Both the position numbers and the translations under genes were made by a program. The notes beneath the pieces are model-generated. The model did no database searches and had not been told where the DNA came from. It was given only the letters and a program-made list of their open reading frames with translations. A stretch of DNA of 64,000 nucleotides from Opitutales bacterium (lineage in GTDB: Bacteria; Verrucomicrobiota; Verrucomicrobiia; Opitutales; JABSRG01): positions 1 through 64,000 of the forward strand of contig JBMYOQ010000014.1 of NCBI GenBank assembly GCA_049599475.1, given 5' to 3'. Positions 44,201 through 55,447 of the stretch are shown here, piece by piece (positions within the stretch are counted from its first letter, which is position 1; each line of letters starts with the position of its first letter).

Positions 44201-46558
44201 ATGACCGCCTCTCGAGTTTTTATCCTGATCGTAGCTTCCTTGTTTACCGGCCTTGGTGTCGCCTGGGCACAGTTGGGGGGAGCCCCCGAGAGGGAAGCTG
44301 TGATTGTGGAGCGTGTCGATGTGCGCTTCGACGGTGTAAAATCTGTCAGTGAAGCCTACGTGCGTGGCAACATTCAGGTGCGCGCGGGCGATACGTATGA
44401 CCAAGGCAAGATTGACCAGTCGATTCGCGTATTGTTTGGGACTCGCCTATTCGAGCATGTAGATGTCGATTTGGATCGCTTGGAAAGCGAGAAGGTCGTG
44501 GTGACCTTTGTGGTGCGCCCAAAATACAAGATCGAAACGGTCGAGTTTGTTGGAAATGAGCGGATATCCGATCGACGACTACGCCGGGAAGCTGAAATCC
44601 GTCGGGGCACCTTTTTGGACGAATTCAGTGTGGCTTCTGCTGCCGAGAAACTGGACGAGTATTACCTGAAAAAGGGCTTCTCTGACATCCAAGTGGATTA
44701 TGAAGTGTTGCGCGACCGAGTCCGTGGAACTGCCCAGGTGACTTTTACGATCGACGAAGGTGAAAAGATCCGAGTGAAGGATATCGAATTCATCGGCAAC
44801 GAGAGTTTTGGTGACCGCAAGCTCCGTGGACAGATGGATACACGTAAATGGTGGATTTTCTCATGGCTGACTGGCGGCGGAAAATACAAAGAGGAAGATT
44901 TCCAGGACGATCTCATTGAGCTTAAGGATTTCTATAAAAACGAAGGTTACCTCGATATTGCGATCGACGAGTCCAAAATTGATTTCGACTACGTAAAGCC
45001 CAATCGCTTGGAGCTCACTTTGGAAGTGGTCGAAGGGCCGCGTTATTACGTGGGTGATATTTCGTTCACGGGAAATACCATTTTCACTTCTGAAGAATTA
45101 CAGCGTTCATTGAGACTGCGCTCTGGAGATGTGTTTTCACCCGAAAAAGTGGATGAAGCTATCCAGTCGGTACGGGACTACTTTGGGTCGCAAGGATACC
45201 TGGAGACTTTCGTGCGTGCCGAGCGTGCTCCAAACCTCGAAACCCGCGATATCGACCTCAATTTCCTCATCAATGAGAGTGAGAAGTTTTACGTAGAGTC
45301 TATCAACATCGAGGGTAATACCAAGACGAAGAGCCGGGTGATTTTACGTGAACTGGCCCTCGCGCCTGGAGACGTGTTCGACAGCGTCCGTATGCGTAAC
45401 AGTGAAGAGCGTCTTAAGAATACCCGCTTTTTTGATGAGCGTGGAGGGGTTCAACTCTCCCCTGAGGTCACGAACATACCTGGACGCAAGGATTTGCGTA
45501 TCGCATTGAGGGAAGGGCGGACCGGTAATTTATCCTTCGGTGCTGGTTTCAGCAGTTTGGAAAACGCGGTATTCTTCGCAGAACTCACCCAAGGTAACTT
45601 CGACTTGTTTAACTGGCGCTCCGGTTTCCAGGGAGACGGCCAGAAATTTAGACTCAGACTTCAGGTGGGATCACGGAGTAATGAGATCGTATTGGCTTTC
45701 GAAGAGCCATGGCTCTTTGAGCAACGTTTGGCTCTAGGTTTTGAGGTGTATCGCAGAGAGTCAGATTTCGTCTCGTCTCTCTATTCCGAAGTAAATATGG
45801 GATTTCAAGTTTACCTGCGTAAGCGCCTTTTCGAACTCGTTGAGGGGCGAATTTCTTATGAATTAGAAGAGACTTCCATTGAGGACATTACTGCAGCCGC
45901 CCGAGAAATCTACCCAGACTTGGCTGATGTTGGTAGCGAGTATTCGATTCTGTCGTCCACTGTGTCTTTGCTGCTCCTTCGAGATACCCGTAATAGCTTG
46001 GTGTTCCCGACACGCGGCTCTCGATATACGATTCAACAAGACTTCGTCGGAGGAGTCTTGGGTGGAGATGTCGATTACTACAAGCTAGAGCTCCGTGGGG
46101 CTAAATATTTCAGGCTATTCGAATTTCCGCTAGAGCAAAGCTTGGCCATCTTAGGCCGTGCGGGAGGCATTCAGCCCTATTCTGGAGGAACTGTTCCCTT
46201 CTTTGACCGCTTCTACCTTGGTGGACCCGATACTTTGCGTGGTTTTGACTATCGCGATGTGGGGCCGTATGTGCGAGGCGAGCCCGTTGGCGGTAACAGC
46301 TACGCTATGGGTAGTCTAGAATACACTGTCAAAATCGCGGATCCATTACGCTTTGCAGTTTTCTACGATGCTGGATTTGTGAACCCGAGCAGCTGGGATT
46401 ACGATCCGAGTAATTATAATGACAATTTCGGTCTTGGCATGCGTATTATGGTCCTTGGGGCGCCGCTTCGCCTGGACTACGGTATCCCGATCACAACATC
46501 TCCAGATAACGAAGACGAAGGGAATCAATTCCACTTCTCATTTGGTTCTCGCTTTTAA
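44201..46558 (+). CDS. bamA: Outer membrane protein assembly factor BamA
   Basis: POTRA repeats, GNTKTKSRVILRE, LGGPDTLRGF, C-terminal FSFGSRF. Confidence 0.96.
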   Translation: MTASRVFILIVASLFTGLGVAWAQLGGAPEREAVIVERVDVRFDGVKSVSEAYVRGNIQVRAGDTYDQGKIDQSIRVLFGTRLFEHVDVDLDRLESEKVVVTFVVRPKYKIETVEFVGNERISDRRLRREAEIRRGTFLDEFSVASAAEKLDEYYLKKGFSDIQVDYEVLRDRVRGTAQVTFTIDEGEKIRVKDIEFIGNESFGDRKLRGQMDTRKWWIFSWLTGGGKYKEEDFQDDLIELKDFYKNEGYLDIAIDESKIDFDYVKPNRLELTLEVVEGPRYYVGDISFTGNTIFTSEELQRSLRLRSGDVFSPEKVDEAIQSVRDYFGSQGYLETFVRAERAPNLETRDIDLNFLINESEKFYVESINIEGNTKTKSRVILRELALAPGDVFDSVRMRNSEERLKNTRFFDERGGVQLSPEVTNIPGRKDLRIALREGRTGNLSFGAGFSSLENAVFFAELTQGNFDLFNWRSGFQGDGQKFRLRLQVGSRSNEIVLAFEEPWLFEQRLALGFEVYRRESDFVSSLYSEVNMGFQVYLRKRLFELVEGRISYELEETSIEDITAAAREIYPDLADVGSEYSILSSTVSLLLLRDTRNSLVFPTRGSRYTIQQDFVGGVLGGDVDYYKLELRGAKYFRLFEFPLEQSLAILGRAGGIQPYSGGTVPFFDRFYLGGPDTLRGFDYRDVGPYVRGEPVGGNSYAMGSLEYTVKIADPLRFAVFYDAGFVNPSSWDYDPSNYNDNFGLGMRIMVLGAPLRLDYGIPITTSPDNEDEGNQFHFSFGSRF

Positions 46559-46615
46559 TGGGCACTTTTTGCTAGTCCTGGAGTCTTTGTTCAAACTTTC
46601 CTCACTCACAAAATC

Positions 46616-47194
46616 ATGATTAAGAAATCAATCGCTGTCCTCATCCTGGCTGCATTCTCTGTTTCTGCTTTCGCACAGCAGGCCCCGAAGACTATCGCAG
46701 TGAACTTTGATACTCTGTTTCAGGAGTACTATGAAGTGAAGGATGCCCTAGAAAAATTCCAGTCTTCGATCGACGCAGTCGATAAAGAGCTTCAGCAAAT
46801 GGCTACTGAAATGCAGCCTCAGCGCGAAAAATTGCAGGAGCTTGTCGCTAAGTCACGTAACCCTGCGCTGACTGAAGAAGCGCAAAAGGAAGCGGAAGCC
46901 GAAGCGATTCAGCTCGACCAAGAAGTCAGAAAGATGCAGCAAGAGCTTGGACAATTCCAGCAGCAGCAGCGTCAGACTCTCGGACTGCGCCGCAACGAGA
47001 TCCGCAAGCAGTTTGTGGAAGAGATTCGTGGAGTTGTTTCTCAGTATGCAGAAAGCATGGGCGCTGAGCTCGTCGTGAACATCGCACCTGAAGGTGGCAA
47101 CGTTGGCGGTATCATTTTCGTAGCCGATGCGTTCGACAAGACTCAGGAAGTTCTCGCGATCCTCAACGCAGACGCTCCAGAGGCTGCCGAGTAA
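46616..47194 (+). CDS. skp: OmpH/Skp periplasmic chaperone
   Basis: Signal peptide, long Gln/Glu coiled coil, DKTQEVLAILN; directly after bamA. Confidence 0.85.
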   Translation: MIKKSIAVLILAAFSVSAFAQQAPKTIAVNFDTLFQEYYEVKDALEKFQSSIDAVDKELQQMATEMQPQREKLQELVAKSRNPALTEEAQKEAEAEAIQLDQEVRKMQQELGQFQQQQRQTLGLRRNEIRKQFVEEIRGVVSQYAESMGAELVVNIAPEGGNVGGIIFVADAFDKTQEVLAILNADAPEAAE

Positions 47195-47223
47195 TCCCCG
47201 GATTCTCTAGAAAATTTTTTTCG

Positions 47224-47259
47224 CCCGGCTGGTCAGTGCTCTGACTTGCCGGGTTTTTT
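47224..47259 (+). terminator. Intrinsic terminator after skp
   Basis: CCCGGC-TGGTCAG-TGCT-CTGACTT-GCCGGG followed by TTTTTT. Confidence 0.75.
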
Positions 47260-47331
47260 ATTTACAACATTTCTCAATCGCGAAGAGGTTTAAGAGAAAT
47301 AGTTTACCCACCGCCGATACCCTTACCCATA

Positions 47332-47874
47332 ATGAAATTGATTCAATTACCCCTCGTTCTCTCGCTATCAATCCTCGTGCTGGCTGGTTGTAAGACTTTG
47401 GAGCCAGCGAAATATAGTGAGTTTACGCGAACTACGGATTTTACGACTATTGAGAGCTTCTATATCGGAGACGTGAAGGCGTCCGAGCACAGCCGGTTTA
47501 ATCGCGAAAGGGGTGTCGAAGAGGCTACCGTGGAAGCATTGGAAGCGGGTTTGACCGATTTGGGTTATAGTAGGTCGGAAATGCCAGCTGATATTTCGGT
47601 GAGTGCCCGCTGGCGATTGGTTACCGCATTGAGACTCGAAGAGCCGATGTATTCAAAGGGGCCGGGAGGAGGACGTGTGGATGCAGATCGTCGCATCGAG
47701 AAACGTTATAATTTAGTAATCGAGATCTCAGATGAAGCAGGAGTTTTTTGGGTGTATGAGTCGGATAGGCGGCTCCAATTCTACGAACTTACTGAGGAGC
47801 GGGCCCGCAGGATGACCGCTGCAGCGATTGCACGATTCCCCACGAGTACCTTATTTGAGAACTCGAATCCTTAA
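47332..47874 (+). CDS. Lipoprotein, DUF4136-like
   Basis: Lipobox LAGC; DFTTIESF, LGY...ADI and AIARFP pattern. Confidence 0.65.
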   Translation: MKLIQLPLVLSLSILVLAGCKTLEPAKYSEFTRTTDFTTIESFYIGDVKASEHSRFNRERGVEEATVEALEAGLTDLGYSRSEMPADISVSARWRLVTALRLEEPMYSKGPGGGRVDADRRIEKRYNLVIEISDEAGVFWVYESDRRLQFYELTEERARRMTAAAIARFPTSTLFENSNP

Positions 47875-47934
47875 ATTCTCGCTTTGCATTTGAGTATCAA
47901 GGGTGATTGATTGAGCGTTTTGAGAGTGAATCCG

Positions 47935-49038
47935 ATGAGCTTACCGAGTCTCCAGAATTTTGATGCCAATGCCCTCGCTGTTCCCGCTGTGCGGCGCATG
48001 CATGCCTATGTTCCGGGCGAGCAACCGGACACTTCAGATTGGATCAAGCTCAATACCAATGAAAATCCGTTTCCTGCGAGTCCGCGGGTTCGGGGCGCTG
48101 TTGAAGCTGCAATTTCCGGTCTGACCAAATATCCCTCGCCCACGAGTCAAGGCTTGAGGGAGGCGGCTGCGCGTATCTACGGACTCTCGGCGAATAATGT
48201 GATCGTTGGTAATGGTTCAGACGATGTCCTGAATTTGTTGGTCCGAGCCTTTGCGGGTGAATTGCCCGTAGGGTCGGTAAATCCTGGATACTCGCTTTAT
48301 CCAGTACTGGCCTCGATCGTGGGGAATACGATGGAATACATTCCGCTGGACGGCCAGATGCAGGTGGACCCTGAGTTGATCAAGGCTTCGAAGGCTAATT
48401 TATTTTTCCTGACGTCTCCGAACGCTCCCACAGGAGTCGCTGTGCCGAATTCTTCGATCGCGCAAATTCTGGAGGTTTTTGAAGGCGTTCTCGTTGTGGA
48501 TGAGGCCTATGCAGATTTTGCAGAAGAAAACGCCATAGCTTTGCTCAAGAAGTATCCTAATTTGGTGGTCACCCGGACATTCTCCAAATCCTATGGACTT
48601 GCCGGTTTGCGGGTCGGGTTGGCACTCGGGCATCCTTCCTTGATCGGTGTCCTGGACAAAGTCCGTGATTCCTACAATGTCGACGGCCTCGCTCAGGCCG
48701 GCGCGGAAGCGGCGATCGAAGATCAGGCCTACTTTTCTGAGGTGATCGAAAAGATAAAGTCTATCCGTGAAACCACTCGGGCTGATTTTGAAAAACGCGG
48801 ATGGTTCACCTATCCCTCGCAGGCAAATTTTCTATTCACGCGCCCGGTGAATTCGGATGGGATCTATGGTCCAGAGATCGCGAAGTCTTTATTTGAGTTT
48901 TTAAAATCCAATAAAGTCTTGGTGCGCTACTTCCCGAAATCCCCAGTCACGGACGCATTCTTGAGGATCAGTATTGGCACAGATGCCGAAATGAGCACTT
49001 TATCTGAGATCATAGACTTATGGCTGAGCAACGCATAG
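47935..49038 (+). CDS. hisC: Histidinol-phosphate aminotransferase
   Basis: [40 protein letters not shown]; probable ATG 47935. Confidence 0.95.
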   Translation: MSLPSLQNFDANALAVPAVRRMHAYVPGEQPDTSDWIKLNTNENPFPASPRVRGAVEAAISGLTKYPSPTSQGLREAAARIYGLSANNVIVGNGSDDVLNLLVRAFAGELPVGSVNPGYSLYPVLASIVGNTMEYIPLDGQMQVDPELIKASKANLFFLTSPNAPTGVAVPNSSIAQILEVFEGVLVVDEAYADFAEENAIALLKKYPNLVVTRTFSKSYGLAGLRVGLALGHPSLIGVLDKVRDSYNVDGLAQAGAEAAIEDQAYFSEVIEKIKSIRETTRADFEKRGWFTYPSQANFLFTRPVNSDGIYGPEIAKSLFEFLKSNKVLVRYFPKSPVTDAFLRISIGTDAEMSTLSEIIDLWLSNA

Positions 49039-49628
49039 CAAGCAAGACCCGGACAACGGGTGAGACGCAGATTGAAATCGAATGGAATCTCGACGGAAGC
49101 GGTGTTTCTGAGATATCTACGGGGATCCCATTCTTCGACCATATGCTCACCTTGTTTGCCAAGCATGGCTTGTTTGACCTTAAGGTAAAAGCCGTTGGTG
49201 ATATCGATGTAGATTATCATCACACGGTTGAAGACGTAGGCCTGCTCCTTGGACAAGTGTTACGCGAGATCATAGGAGATCGTAAAGGGCTCGTGCGCTA
49301 CGGTTTTTTCCTTCTTCCGATGGATGAGGCTTTGGCGCAGGTCGCTGTCGATTTAGGCAATCGCCCTTATTTGGTATACCAAGTCGAGCATAGCACATCT
49401 GGGCCGATGGTGCGTGACTTTAACATACACCTGTTCAAAGAGTTTTATCAGGCTTTTGCGAATGAGGCAGGAGCAAATGTGCACATCAAGACGCAATACG
49501 GCTTCGAACCACACCACTTGGCCGAAGGTTGTATGAAGGCTTTTGCGCGCGCGATCTCTGCGGCCGTTTGCATCGACCCCCGCCTAGAGGGAAAAGTGAT
49601 GTCTACCAAAGGCTCTCTGAACGTCTAG
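49020..49628 (+). CDS. hisB: Imidazoleglycerol-phosphate dehydratase
   Basis: [31 protein letters not shown]. Confidence 0.96.
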   Translation: MAEQRIASKTRTTGETQIEIEWNLDGSGVSEISTGIPFFDHMLTLFAKHGLFDLKVKAVGDIDVDYHHTVEDVGLLLGQVLREIIGDRKGLVRYGFFLLPMDEALAQVAVDLGNRPYLVYQVEHSTSGPMVRDFNIHLFKEFYQAFANEAGANVHIKTQYGFEPHHLAEGCMKAFARAISAAVCIDPRLEGKVMSTKGSLNV

Positions 49629-49630
49629 CC

Positions 49631-50287
49631 ATGAGCGCGCAAAATACAGAAGCTGCAGACATTGCAGTGATTGATTACGGCATGGGTAACATCCGTAGCG
49701 TAACCAACGCTTTGACCTTTGTCGGTGCAAACTTTCGAGTGATTTCTGGCCCCGACCAGATTGGGGTTGCCGATGGACTGCTTTTACCGGGCGTTGGCGC
49801 CTTACGCGATTGTATCAAAGCTCTTCGCGAATCTGGGCTCGATGCCGCAGTCGCCGATTGGATCGCAGCAGACAAACCTTTCCTAGGCGTCTGCCTGGGT
49901 ATGCAAGCTCTCTTCGAATATTCGGAAGAGGCCGGTATCGAAGGTTTGGGGATCTTTCCAGGCAATGTTGTAAAATTCAAAGTGCCTGAAGGGCTTAAAG
50001 TGCCGCACATGGGCTGGAATGCTGTAGATTTCCAGAAAGATGATCCGGTGATGAATCGGGGGATCGAGTCAGGAAAAGATCAGTTTTACTTTGTGCACAG
50101 CTATCATGTTGAAACCCCACGGGAAGACATTGTCTGGGCGCGGGCTGATTATGGATACTCTTTCGTGAGTGCAATTTCGACGGGTCGTGTCTTTGCCACC
50201 CAATTTCACCCCGAGAAGAGTCAGAGCAAGGGGCTTCAGTTGTATCGCAATTTTGTCGAGCTCTCTGGATCTGCTGTCAGCGTCTGA
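49631..50287 (+). CDS. hisH: Imidazole glycerol phosphate synthase glutaminase subunit
   Basis: IDYGMGN, LGVCLGMQ, VPHMGWN, YFVHSY, QFHPEKS; ATG 49631. Confidence 0.95.
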   Translation: MSAQNTEAADIAVIDYGMGNIRSVTNALTFVGANFRVISGPDQIGVADGLLLPGVGALRDCIKALRESGLDAAVADWIAADKPFLGVCLGMQALFEYSEEAGIEGLGIFPGNVVKFKVPEGLKVPHMGWNAVDFQKDDPVMNRGIESGKDQFYFVHSYHVETPREDIVWARADYGYSFVSAISTGRVFATQFHPEKSQSKGLQLYRNFVELSGSAVSV

Positions 50288-50462
50288 TAAGACAGGGTTT
50301 TGGGTTAAAGTGTTTAATGCTCAAAATTAGCAAATTTAATATAGGTCCTGAGTGCTTGCTGTAGGTGGCTAGTGGGGGAGTTTACGATAGACATTTAGTC
50401 GAAAAATAGGATGTATATGCGGCTTCATTTTTCGCCGAAACAAGCCGTTACCTCAGCTCAAT

Positions 50463-51752
50463 ATGGACGCCTCTGCACAATTAAACATCTCAGGAAACAC
50501 CTATGATTTGCCGATTATCGTAGGCACCGAGAATGAACACGCGGTGGACGTCCGTTCGCTACGCAAAGAGTCTGGCTACATCTCTTTCGATGATGGTTAC
50601 GCCAACACCGGAGCTTGCCAAAGTGATGTGACATACATTGACGGCGAGAAGGGGATCTTGCGCTACCGCGGAATTCCGATCGAGCAATTGGCCGAGAAAT
50701 CTACCTTCTTGGAGACTTCGTTCCTCGTCATTTATGGACGTCTGCCGACGGCGGCTGAGCTGGCCAAGTTCCGCCAGAAGATCCACGAGAGCATGCATAT
50801 CCACACGGGCATGCAATCGCACTACCAGGGATTCCCGGATAGTGCCCACCCGATGGCTGAGCTCTCGGCGATGCTGAACACTTTGGGGTGCTACTACCCA
50901 GAGATGGCTTCGAATGATCGCGACAAGGACTTGGAATCGTTTGACGATGCAGTCGCGGTTCTCATCGCAAAGGTTACTACGATCGCAGCGATGACCTATC
51001 GCTCGAAGCAAGGCCTGCCTTTTAATTACCCTGATTCACGCATGCGCTATGTGGAGAACTTCATGCACTTGATGTTCACCCTGCCGTATGAAAAGTATGA
51101 GTCGAACCCAGAGCTGGTGAAAGCTCTGGATTTGTTCCTCCTATTGCATGCCGACCACGAGCAGAATTGTTCAACCTCGACAGTGCGCATGGTAGCCTCT
51201 GGTGGAGCGAATATGTTCGCTTCGGCTTCGGCTGGTGTGTGTGCCTTGTGGGGACCTCTCCACGGTGGTGCGAATATGGCGGTAATCAAGATGCTCGAGC
51301 AGATCCATGCTTCTGGAGATGATGGCAGTAAATTTATCGAAGGCGCAAAGAACGGACAGGAGCGCTTGATGGGCTTTGGCCACCGTGTCTATAAGAACTT
51401 CGATCCGCGCGCTAAGATTCTCGGAGAAGCTTGTGAAAAAATGCTCGCTAGCTTGGGAACAGAAGATCCGTTGCTCAACATAGCCAACCGTTTGAAAGAT
51501 GCGGCCTTGAACGATGAGTATTTCGTGAAACGCAAGCTTTACCCGAACGTCGACTTCTACTCGGGCATCATTCTGAAGGCTGCAGGCATCCCCGTCGAAA
51601 TGTTCACGGTGATGTTCGCCATTGGTCGTATGCCTGGTTGGCTAGCTCACTGGAAGGAAATTGCTGAGAATCCGAAGGGACGTATCCACCGCCCGCGCCA
51701 GATCTACACAGGCGAGGCCAAGCGCGACTATGTGCCGGTGGAAAGCCGCTAG
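50463..51752 (+). CDS. gltA: Citrate synthase (type II)
   Basis: [39 protein letters not shown]. Confidence 0.97.
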   Translation: MDASAQLNISGNTYDLPIIVGTENEHAVDVRSLRKESGYISFDDGYANTGACQSDVTYIDGEKGILRYRGIPIEQLAEKSTFLETSFLVIYGRLPTAAELAKFRQKIHESMHIHTGMQSHYQGFPDSAHPMAELSAMLNTLGCYYPEMASNDRDKDLESFDDAVAVLIAKVTTIAAMTYRSKQGLPFNYPDSRMRYVENFMHLMFTLPYEKYESNPELVKALDLFLLLHADHEQNCSTSTVRMVASGGANMFASASAGVCALWGPLHGGANMAVIKMLEQIHASGDDGSKFIEGAKNGQERLMGFGHRVYKNFDPRAKILGEACEKMLASLGTEDPLLNIANRLKDAALNDEYFVKRKLYPNVDFYSGIILKAAGIPVEMFTVMFAIGRMPGWLAHWKEIAENPKGRIHRPRQIYTGEAKRDYVPVESR

Positions 51753-51756
51753 AGTT

Positions 51757-52179
51757 CTAGCTCCGACCAAATAACTCTTTGCCTTCGGGGCTGTTCAGAT
51801 TGATCAGCGAAAACACTCCGAGGATTGTGCCCAGTGGAACTGACAGGCAGCACAGCACTGCCGCAGTGATGCATGCGAAGTAATTGTCCTGCTTCCTGAA
51901 GCAAAGGCCAATCCAGATAAAGGATACGAGGTGGACTACAGTCATTGTGAGAATGCCCCAACTGAGCATCTCAAAAACCATTTTTAGGTCGATGTGGCCA
52001 GCAATCCCATAGAGCGACTCTATACTCGAGAAGAGCTGATCGATCATGCGATGTTGCACGCTGAGGATAATGATGCCTGGAAGGGCCATGAGGCCGAAAA
52101 GGATGTAGTAGACTCCTAAACGACGCAGATTGTCCCGGGCGTTTTGCTTTTCAGCTTTCTGTAAAGGAGGTGGTGTCAT
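51757..52179 (-). CDS. Hypothetical membrane protein
   Basis: Three hydrophobic segments ending in [14 protein letters not shown]. Confidence 0.65.
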   Translation of the reverse strand: MTPPPLQKAEKQNARDNLRRLGVYYILFGLMALPGIIILSVQHRMIDQLFSSIESLYGIAGHIDLKMVFEMLSWGILTMTVVHLVSFIWIGLCFRKQDNYFACITAAVLCCLSVPLGTILGVFSLINLNSPEGKELFGRS

Positions 52180-52212
52180 GTCCTAAAATTCGGATATGAA
52201 CCTCCAAAGATT

Positions 52213-52246
52213 AAAAAAACCGCATACGGTTTATACCGTATGCGGT
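52213..52246 (-). terminator. Intrinsic terminator after the zinc metallopeptidase gene
   Basis: 12-bp stem ACCGCATACGGT-TTAT-ACCGTATGCGGT with an A-tract on the plus strand (U-tract on minus). Confidence 0.85.
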
Positions 52247-52274
52247 CTGTTAAATCTAGAAATCTGACGGAAGC

Positions 52275-52970
52275 TTAGTCTCTGCTGCTCGTGAACATTA
52301 ACACGTAGTAAAGGAGAGTCGCCAAGCTACTGACGAAGGCAGCGACATAGGTCCAGCCCGCAGCATTCAGGGTCTGCACTACGCCTTGGCGTTCATCTGG
52401 CTGTATAATCCCCAGGCTGAGCAGGTGCTCCCGCGCCCGCTTCGATGCGTCGAACTCCACAGGGAGCGTGATCAATTGGAAGATCGTGAGTACTAGGTAG
52501 GCACCGATCACTGCAAAGAGGAGAAGTTTGGAAAGTCCGAGTCCGATGAAGCCAGCTCCAAAGATGCTGATAATCAATAGGACAGGAAGCGCTTTGCTGG
52601 AGAATGAAGTTACGGGCACAAGTGCCATGCGTGCTTCTAGAGCTGCATATTTTTCCTTGTGCTGGATGGCATGGCCTGCCTCGTGCGCTGCGACGCCCAG
52701 TGCGGCGAGCGAAGTGCCATGATAATTGTCCTGGCTCAGTGCGAGGCGGCGTTTGGACGGATCGTAGTGGTCTGTCAATTGACCCCCAATTGCAACGATT
52801 TCGACGTCGTGGATGCCGGCCTGACGCATAACATAGGATGCTGCTTCCGCGCCAGTGATGCCTCCACGTGAACGGACTTGGCTGTATTTACGATAGGTGT
52901 TCATCACCTTCGATTGAGCCCAGAACCCGAGGATGAATGTTGGAACAATGAGAATTAAGAATGGTATCAT
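52275..52970 (-). CDS. Neutral zinc metallopeptidase, membrane-bound (YugP/Zn_peptidase_2 family)
   Basis: LTDHYDP, AAHEAGHAIQ, TLPVEFDASKRA, AAGWTYVAA. Confidence 0.92.
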   Translation of the reverse strand: MIPFLILIVPTFILGFWAQSKVMNTYRKYSQVRSRGGITGAEAASYVMRQAGIHDVEIVAIGGQLTDHYDPSKRRLALSQDNYHGTSLAALGVAAHEAGHAIQHKEKYAALEARMALVPVTSFSSKALPVLLIISIFGAGFIGLGLSKLLLFAVIGAYLVLTIFQLITLPVEFDASKRAREHLLSLGIIQPDERQGVVQTLNAAGWTYVAAFVSSLATLLYYVLMFTSSRD

Positions 52971-53173
52971 CGATTTGTGTCTATCACTAGGTTGAAACAG
53001 GAATTAGCAGCGGAGGTTCCAATCCTACTCACGCTACCCCTATCTTCCATGGTATCAATGCAGGAGCGCTGCGCAAGCTGAGGGCGCCGAATTCTCGGCG
53101 AAATCGTGGCGTTTTGATCTGAGACATGTTGTGCCACTTTGTGAGTGTGATTGCACAATTTTGTCTCATGCAC

Positions 53174-53413
53174 ATGCTGTCTTTTGTGGAACTGTTGCGG
53201 ATGGCAGGAGTGGTGGTGGTGATCCTATCGTGTACTTATGTGCTCTGGGATGCGCGTCGGTTGAGCTTATTGTCGATGCTCTCACTGTGTTACCTCGTCA
53301 ACATTCGGAGAAGACGTCGTTGGTGGCTAATATACCTATTTGCTTACCGGATCATTGGAATCTATGGAGTCTGCATGGGTTTATGGGTTGTTTTCACAAA
53401 ACTTGGTAGCTAA
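53174..53413 (+). CDS. Possible small membrane protein
   Basis: Hydrophobic segments separated by an RRRRR cluster; stop 9 nt before the udg start; start uncertain. Confidence 0.35.
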   Translation: MLSFVELLRMAGVVVVILSCTYVLWDARRLSLLSMLSLCYLVNIRRRRRWWLIYLFAYRIIGIYGVCMGLWVVFTKLGS

Positions 53414-53422
53414 GCATTTGAA

Positions 53423-54391
53423 ATGCGCTCAGAGGTCGAAGCATTAGTCAAAGAGTTGGAGGTCATGAAAGAGGAAGGCGTTACGCACGTCTCTCTGGAT
53501 GCATCCTCATTGGAGACTCTGGAGAATGCTGTATCGCCGAACTCAGTTGTTCCTGGAGAGGCAGCGGCTCCAGAGGTAGCCCCCGAGCGTACTATTCTGC
53601 AAGTCCGGAAGCGCGATCGGGATGGCCCTAGCGTGTTTGAGACGATGATGAACGAACCTACACCCAGCGAACTGACAAAGAGTTCTGATCGCCCGGCGAA
53701 GGACACCTCTAAATCTGCTCCAGCTGTGAAAAAGCTGCTGCCGGATCCACCGTCGATCGAATTGCCAGAAGGAAGCAAGCAGGAGCGTTGGGATTGGCTC
53801 AAGGCGCGTGTGGAATCCTGTGAGACCTGCAATGGGCAGTTGAAGGCAGGAAAGAAAGTGGTCTTTGGTATTGGCAGCCTGGACGCCGAGTTGTTCCTTT
53901 GCGGCGAGGCTCCTGGAGCTGACGAAGAAGTCCAAGGTGAGCCGTTTGTGGGGCCAGCTGGGCAACTCTTGAATAAAATTCTCGCGACAGCGGGTTGGAA
54001 CCGAGACAACGTTTACATCGGAAATATCATGAATTGGCGACCCGATACGGGGGCAGCATTTGGCAATCGGCCTCCGACGGACGAGGAGCTTCAGTTCTGT
54101 TTGCCATACTTGAAGGCTCAGCTTGAGATCGTGAAACCTAAAGTGATTTTAGCCCTGGGCAAAACTGCGATCAAAGGCCTCGTGTATCCTAATGAGAGTG
54201 TGACGATGGGACGCGTTCATGGTCGCTGGCATGATTTTGAGGGTATTCCCTTAATGCCTACGTATCACCCCTCATACCTTCTACACAACAATACCAACCG
54301 AGCAAAGCGTGCAGTATGGGAGGACATCTTGATGGTGATGGAAAAGTTGGAAAAGCCGATATCGGAGCGTCAGCGCGGTTTCTTTCTATAG
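53423..54391 (+). CDS. udg: Uracil-DNA glycosylase, family 4, with N-terminal extension
   Basis: GEAPGADE, PFVGPAGQLL, NRPP and TYHPSYLL. Confidence 0.92.
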   Translation: MRSEVEALVKELEVMKEEGVTHVSLDASSLETLENAVSPNSVVPGEAAAPEVAPERTILQVRKRDRDGPSVFETMMNEPTPSELTKSSDRPAKDTSKSAPAVKKLLPDPPSIELPEGSKQERWDWLKARVESCETCNGQLKAGKKVVFGIGSLDAELFLCGEAPGADEEVQGEPFVGPAGQLLNKILATAGWNRDNVYIGNIMNWRPDTGAAFGNRPPTDEELQFCLPYLKAQLEIVKPKVILALGKTAIKGLVYPNESVTMGRVHGRWHDFEGIPLMPTYHPSYLLHNNTNRAKRAVWEDILMVMEKLEKPISERQRGFFL

Positions 54392-55323
54392 GGCTTAATC
54401 GCAGTCACTAAGAGCGTTTCGAAGTAGGGCTCTTGTTCCTCTTTGGCGACGATATGCGATTCTACATCTGTGAACCCTGCAGCTTCTAGCCAAGAAATTA
54501 GGGTGCGCTCGGAAAACCCGAGCCAGTTATCTGCGTAAAGGTCTCGAGCTTTCTCAAAAGTATGCTCCTTGAGATCCATGATCGCGATCCGGCCTCCTTC
54601 GCTCAGGATGCGGAAGGCTTCGGAGATTGCACGGTCGGGATGTTGAGCGTGGTGCAATGCTTGGCTTAAGAGGGCGAAATCGAAAGATGCCTCCTCTAAG
54701 GGTACCTTTTCGATATCTCCCAGCTTGTAAGTCAGATTCTCTATCTGGTTCTTCTTGGCCAGCTCAGCGCCAAACTCCACCATTTTGGGGGATGAATCGA
54801 CACATACTACGCTCTCCGCGTGCTTCGCTAGCAAGTGGGAAAGCATGCCTTCTCCAGCCCCGAGATCGACTATGCGGATTTTGGGTGTAAGTAGTAACAG
54901 GCAGTGCCCCATGGCTTCCCAGGAGCGTCCTGGGCAGTAATTTTTCCCGAGTCGGCCCGCAATCGTGTTGAAATATTGCTCACTGACTTGGCGGCGTTTT
55001 TCGAGGATTCGGTCAAGATTTTCGGCATCCTCGCGGATATCCTTATTGGAAACCGTCTCCGCGATACTCGTATCGACTATCTGGTTCCACGCTTCTGGAA
55101 GCTTCGAATTCAGCCTGTAGAAGGTCTTTTTCCCGTCTCTGCGGTCGGTGACCAAGTCGCCCTGTTTCAAGTGAGCCAGATGAGAAGAAATCCGCGACTG
55201 GCCCATATCGAGGACCTCTTGGATCTCGGCAACTGAAAGTTCTTCGACCTTGAGCAGGTGTAAAATTCTTAAGCGCGTGGCATCCGCGAGGAGTTTGAGC
55301 AGTTCGAGCACATCACCGGGCAT
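54370..55323 (-). CDS. ArsR-family HTH fused to class I SAM-methyltransferase-like domain (SahR-like regulator)
   Basis: [10 protein letters not shown]...[25 protein letters not shown]-binding motif; probable ATG 55323. Confidence 0.88.
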   Translation of the reverse strand: MPGDVLELLKLLADATRLRILHLLKVEELSVAEIQEVLDMGQSRISSHLAHLKQGDLVTDRRDGKKTFYRLNSKLPEAWNQIVDTSIAETVSNKDIREDAENLDRILEKRRQVSEQYFNTIAGRLGKNYCPGRSWEAMGHCLLLLTPKIRIVDLGAGEGMLSHLLAKHAESVVCVDSSPKMVEFGAELAKKNQIENLTYKLGDIEKVPLEEASFDFALLSQALHHAQHPDRAISEAFRILSEGGRIAIMDLKEHTFEKARDLYADNWLGFSERTLISWLEAAGFTDVESHIVAKEEQEPYFETLLVTAIKPYRKKPR

Positions 55324-55447
55324 ATCCGGAAAACTCCGATTAGAATCGCAGCGGGACAAGGCGAAAACGAATAGGGATCTCAATTTTAGCGAAAAATTGG
55401 GATATTTCCGTTGTCGAAGAATGGAAAGCGATCAGCCTAAGCGCCTT

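Noticed and set aside
55250..55447. Overlapping N-terminal extensions of the divergent ArsR fusion and YyaL-like ORFs
   Set aside because: Family homology starts at ATG 55323 (minus) and ATG 55421/55448 (plus), leaving a normal intergenic region.
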